The notes below the pieces were generated by a model. That model searched no databases, was not told the origin of the DNA, and saw only the letters and a list, made by a program, of their open reading frames with translations. From assembly GCA_963668175.1 (NCBI GenBank), contig OY764159.1:4032001-4096000 (forward strand): a stretch of 64,000 nucleotides of DNA. Reading direction: 5' to 3'. Numbering within the stretch: position 1 is the first letter of the stretch; each line of letters starts with the position of its first letter. This document shows, one piece after another, positions 63,325-64,000 of this stretch. Origin of the DNA: Syntrophales bacterium. GTDB taxonomy: Bacteria; Desulfobacterota; Syntrophia; Syntrophales; PHBD01. The position numbers and the translations under genes are program-made.

Positions 63325-63408
63325 TAACGGGATGTTTGCCGCAAGTCACGGAACAGAAGGCTGTATCCCACGAAATATTCTGACAACCCTATCGTTCGAG
63401 AGGACCGT

Positions 63409-63909
63409 ATGAAAGAAAAGGAAGGCATCCTGGTGAGCATCGTCATGGGAAGCGATTCCGACCTCCCCGTCATGGAGGAAGCGGCCAATATCCTGAAGTT
63501 TTTCGATATTCCCTACGAGCTCTATTTGACATCGGCCCACCGGGCGCCGGAAAGGACGGCTGCTTACGCCAAAGGCGCTGCCAAACGGGGCATCAAGCTT
63601 ATCATTGCCGGGGCAGGCGCAGCGGCCCATTTGGCCGGCGTTATTGCCTCCCAGACGCCGCTTCCGGTGATCGGCGTTCCCATCGACGCCACATCCTTAA
63701 ACGGCATGGACGCCCTGCTCGCAACCGTGCAGATGCCCGGGGGTATCCCCGTGGCCGCCATGGCTATCGGCAAGGCCGGTGCAAAAAACGCCGCCCTGCT
63801 CGCTGTGCGCATTCTGGCCCTGGAGGACCAGTCGCTCCGGAAAAAATTGCAGGCTTATATCAGGAAGCTGGCCCAAGATGTCGAAAAGAAGCAGGCCCGC
63901 CTGACATGA
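63409..63909 (+). CDS. purE: N5-carboxyaminoimidazole ribonucleotide mutase
   Basis: MGSDSD, SAHR, GAGAAAHL, QMPGGIPVA. Confidence 0.96.
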   Translation: MKEKEGILVSIVMGSDSDLPVMEEAANILKFFDIPYELYLTSAHRAPERTAAYAKGAAKRGIKLIIAGAGAAAHLAGVIASQTPLPVIGVPIDATSLNGMDALLATVQMPGGIPVAAMAIGKAGAKNAALLAVRILALEDQSLRKKLQAYIRKLAQDVEKKQARLT

Positions 63910-64000
63910 CCCGCATACTCAAAATCGGCCCGGATCATCCGCAGGAGACCATACTGCGCGACGCCGTATGCATTCTGCGGGAGGGGGGTGTCATCGCCTA
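63906..64000 (+). CDS. tsaC: Threonylcarbamoyl-AMP synthase (Sua5/YrdC family), 5' part only
   Basis: ATGA overlap with purE stop; my translation MTRILKIGPDHPQETILRDAVCILREGGVIA matches the family N-terminus; truncated by window end. Confidence 0.7.
   Translation, partial: MTRILKIGPDHPQETILRDAVCILREGGVIA

Overview
This 64 kb window is a gene-dense bacterial chromosome segment. Gene content and sequence style suggest an anaerobic Desulfobacterota (Deltaproteobacteria), possibly Syntrophales-like; this is inference. Left to right: a fatty-acid activation/beta-oxidation cluster (acyl-CoA dehydrogenase, acyl-CoA synthetase, thiolase); small accessory genes; a sigma54-type two-component system followed by two HD hydrolases, a methyltransferase and two MORN-repeat genes, one of which carries 58 in-frame 24-bp repeats encoding a (K/R)AEEEARL rod; a housekeeping run (uppS-cdsA-dxr-rseP-tsaB-psd-pssA-asd-rsmD-coaD-aminotransferase); a hybrid kinase; a class V aminotransferase; a PHA-synthase-like gene; recC...recB-recD split by three genes; a stand-alone mitochondrial-like EF-G with a terminator in its leader and a downstream RecA-fold ATPase; a methyltransferase-cysteine cluster fusion; a TetR-led ABC/HlyD/TolC efflux cluster containing a CheX-like gene; ada-alkA/ogt; and purD-purH-purE-tsaC(partial), where purD looks archaeal-type. 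I saw no tRNA, rRNA, CRISPR array, transposase or integrase. All family calls come from motif recognition by eye, not database searches.
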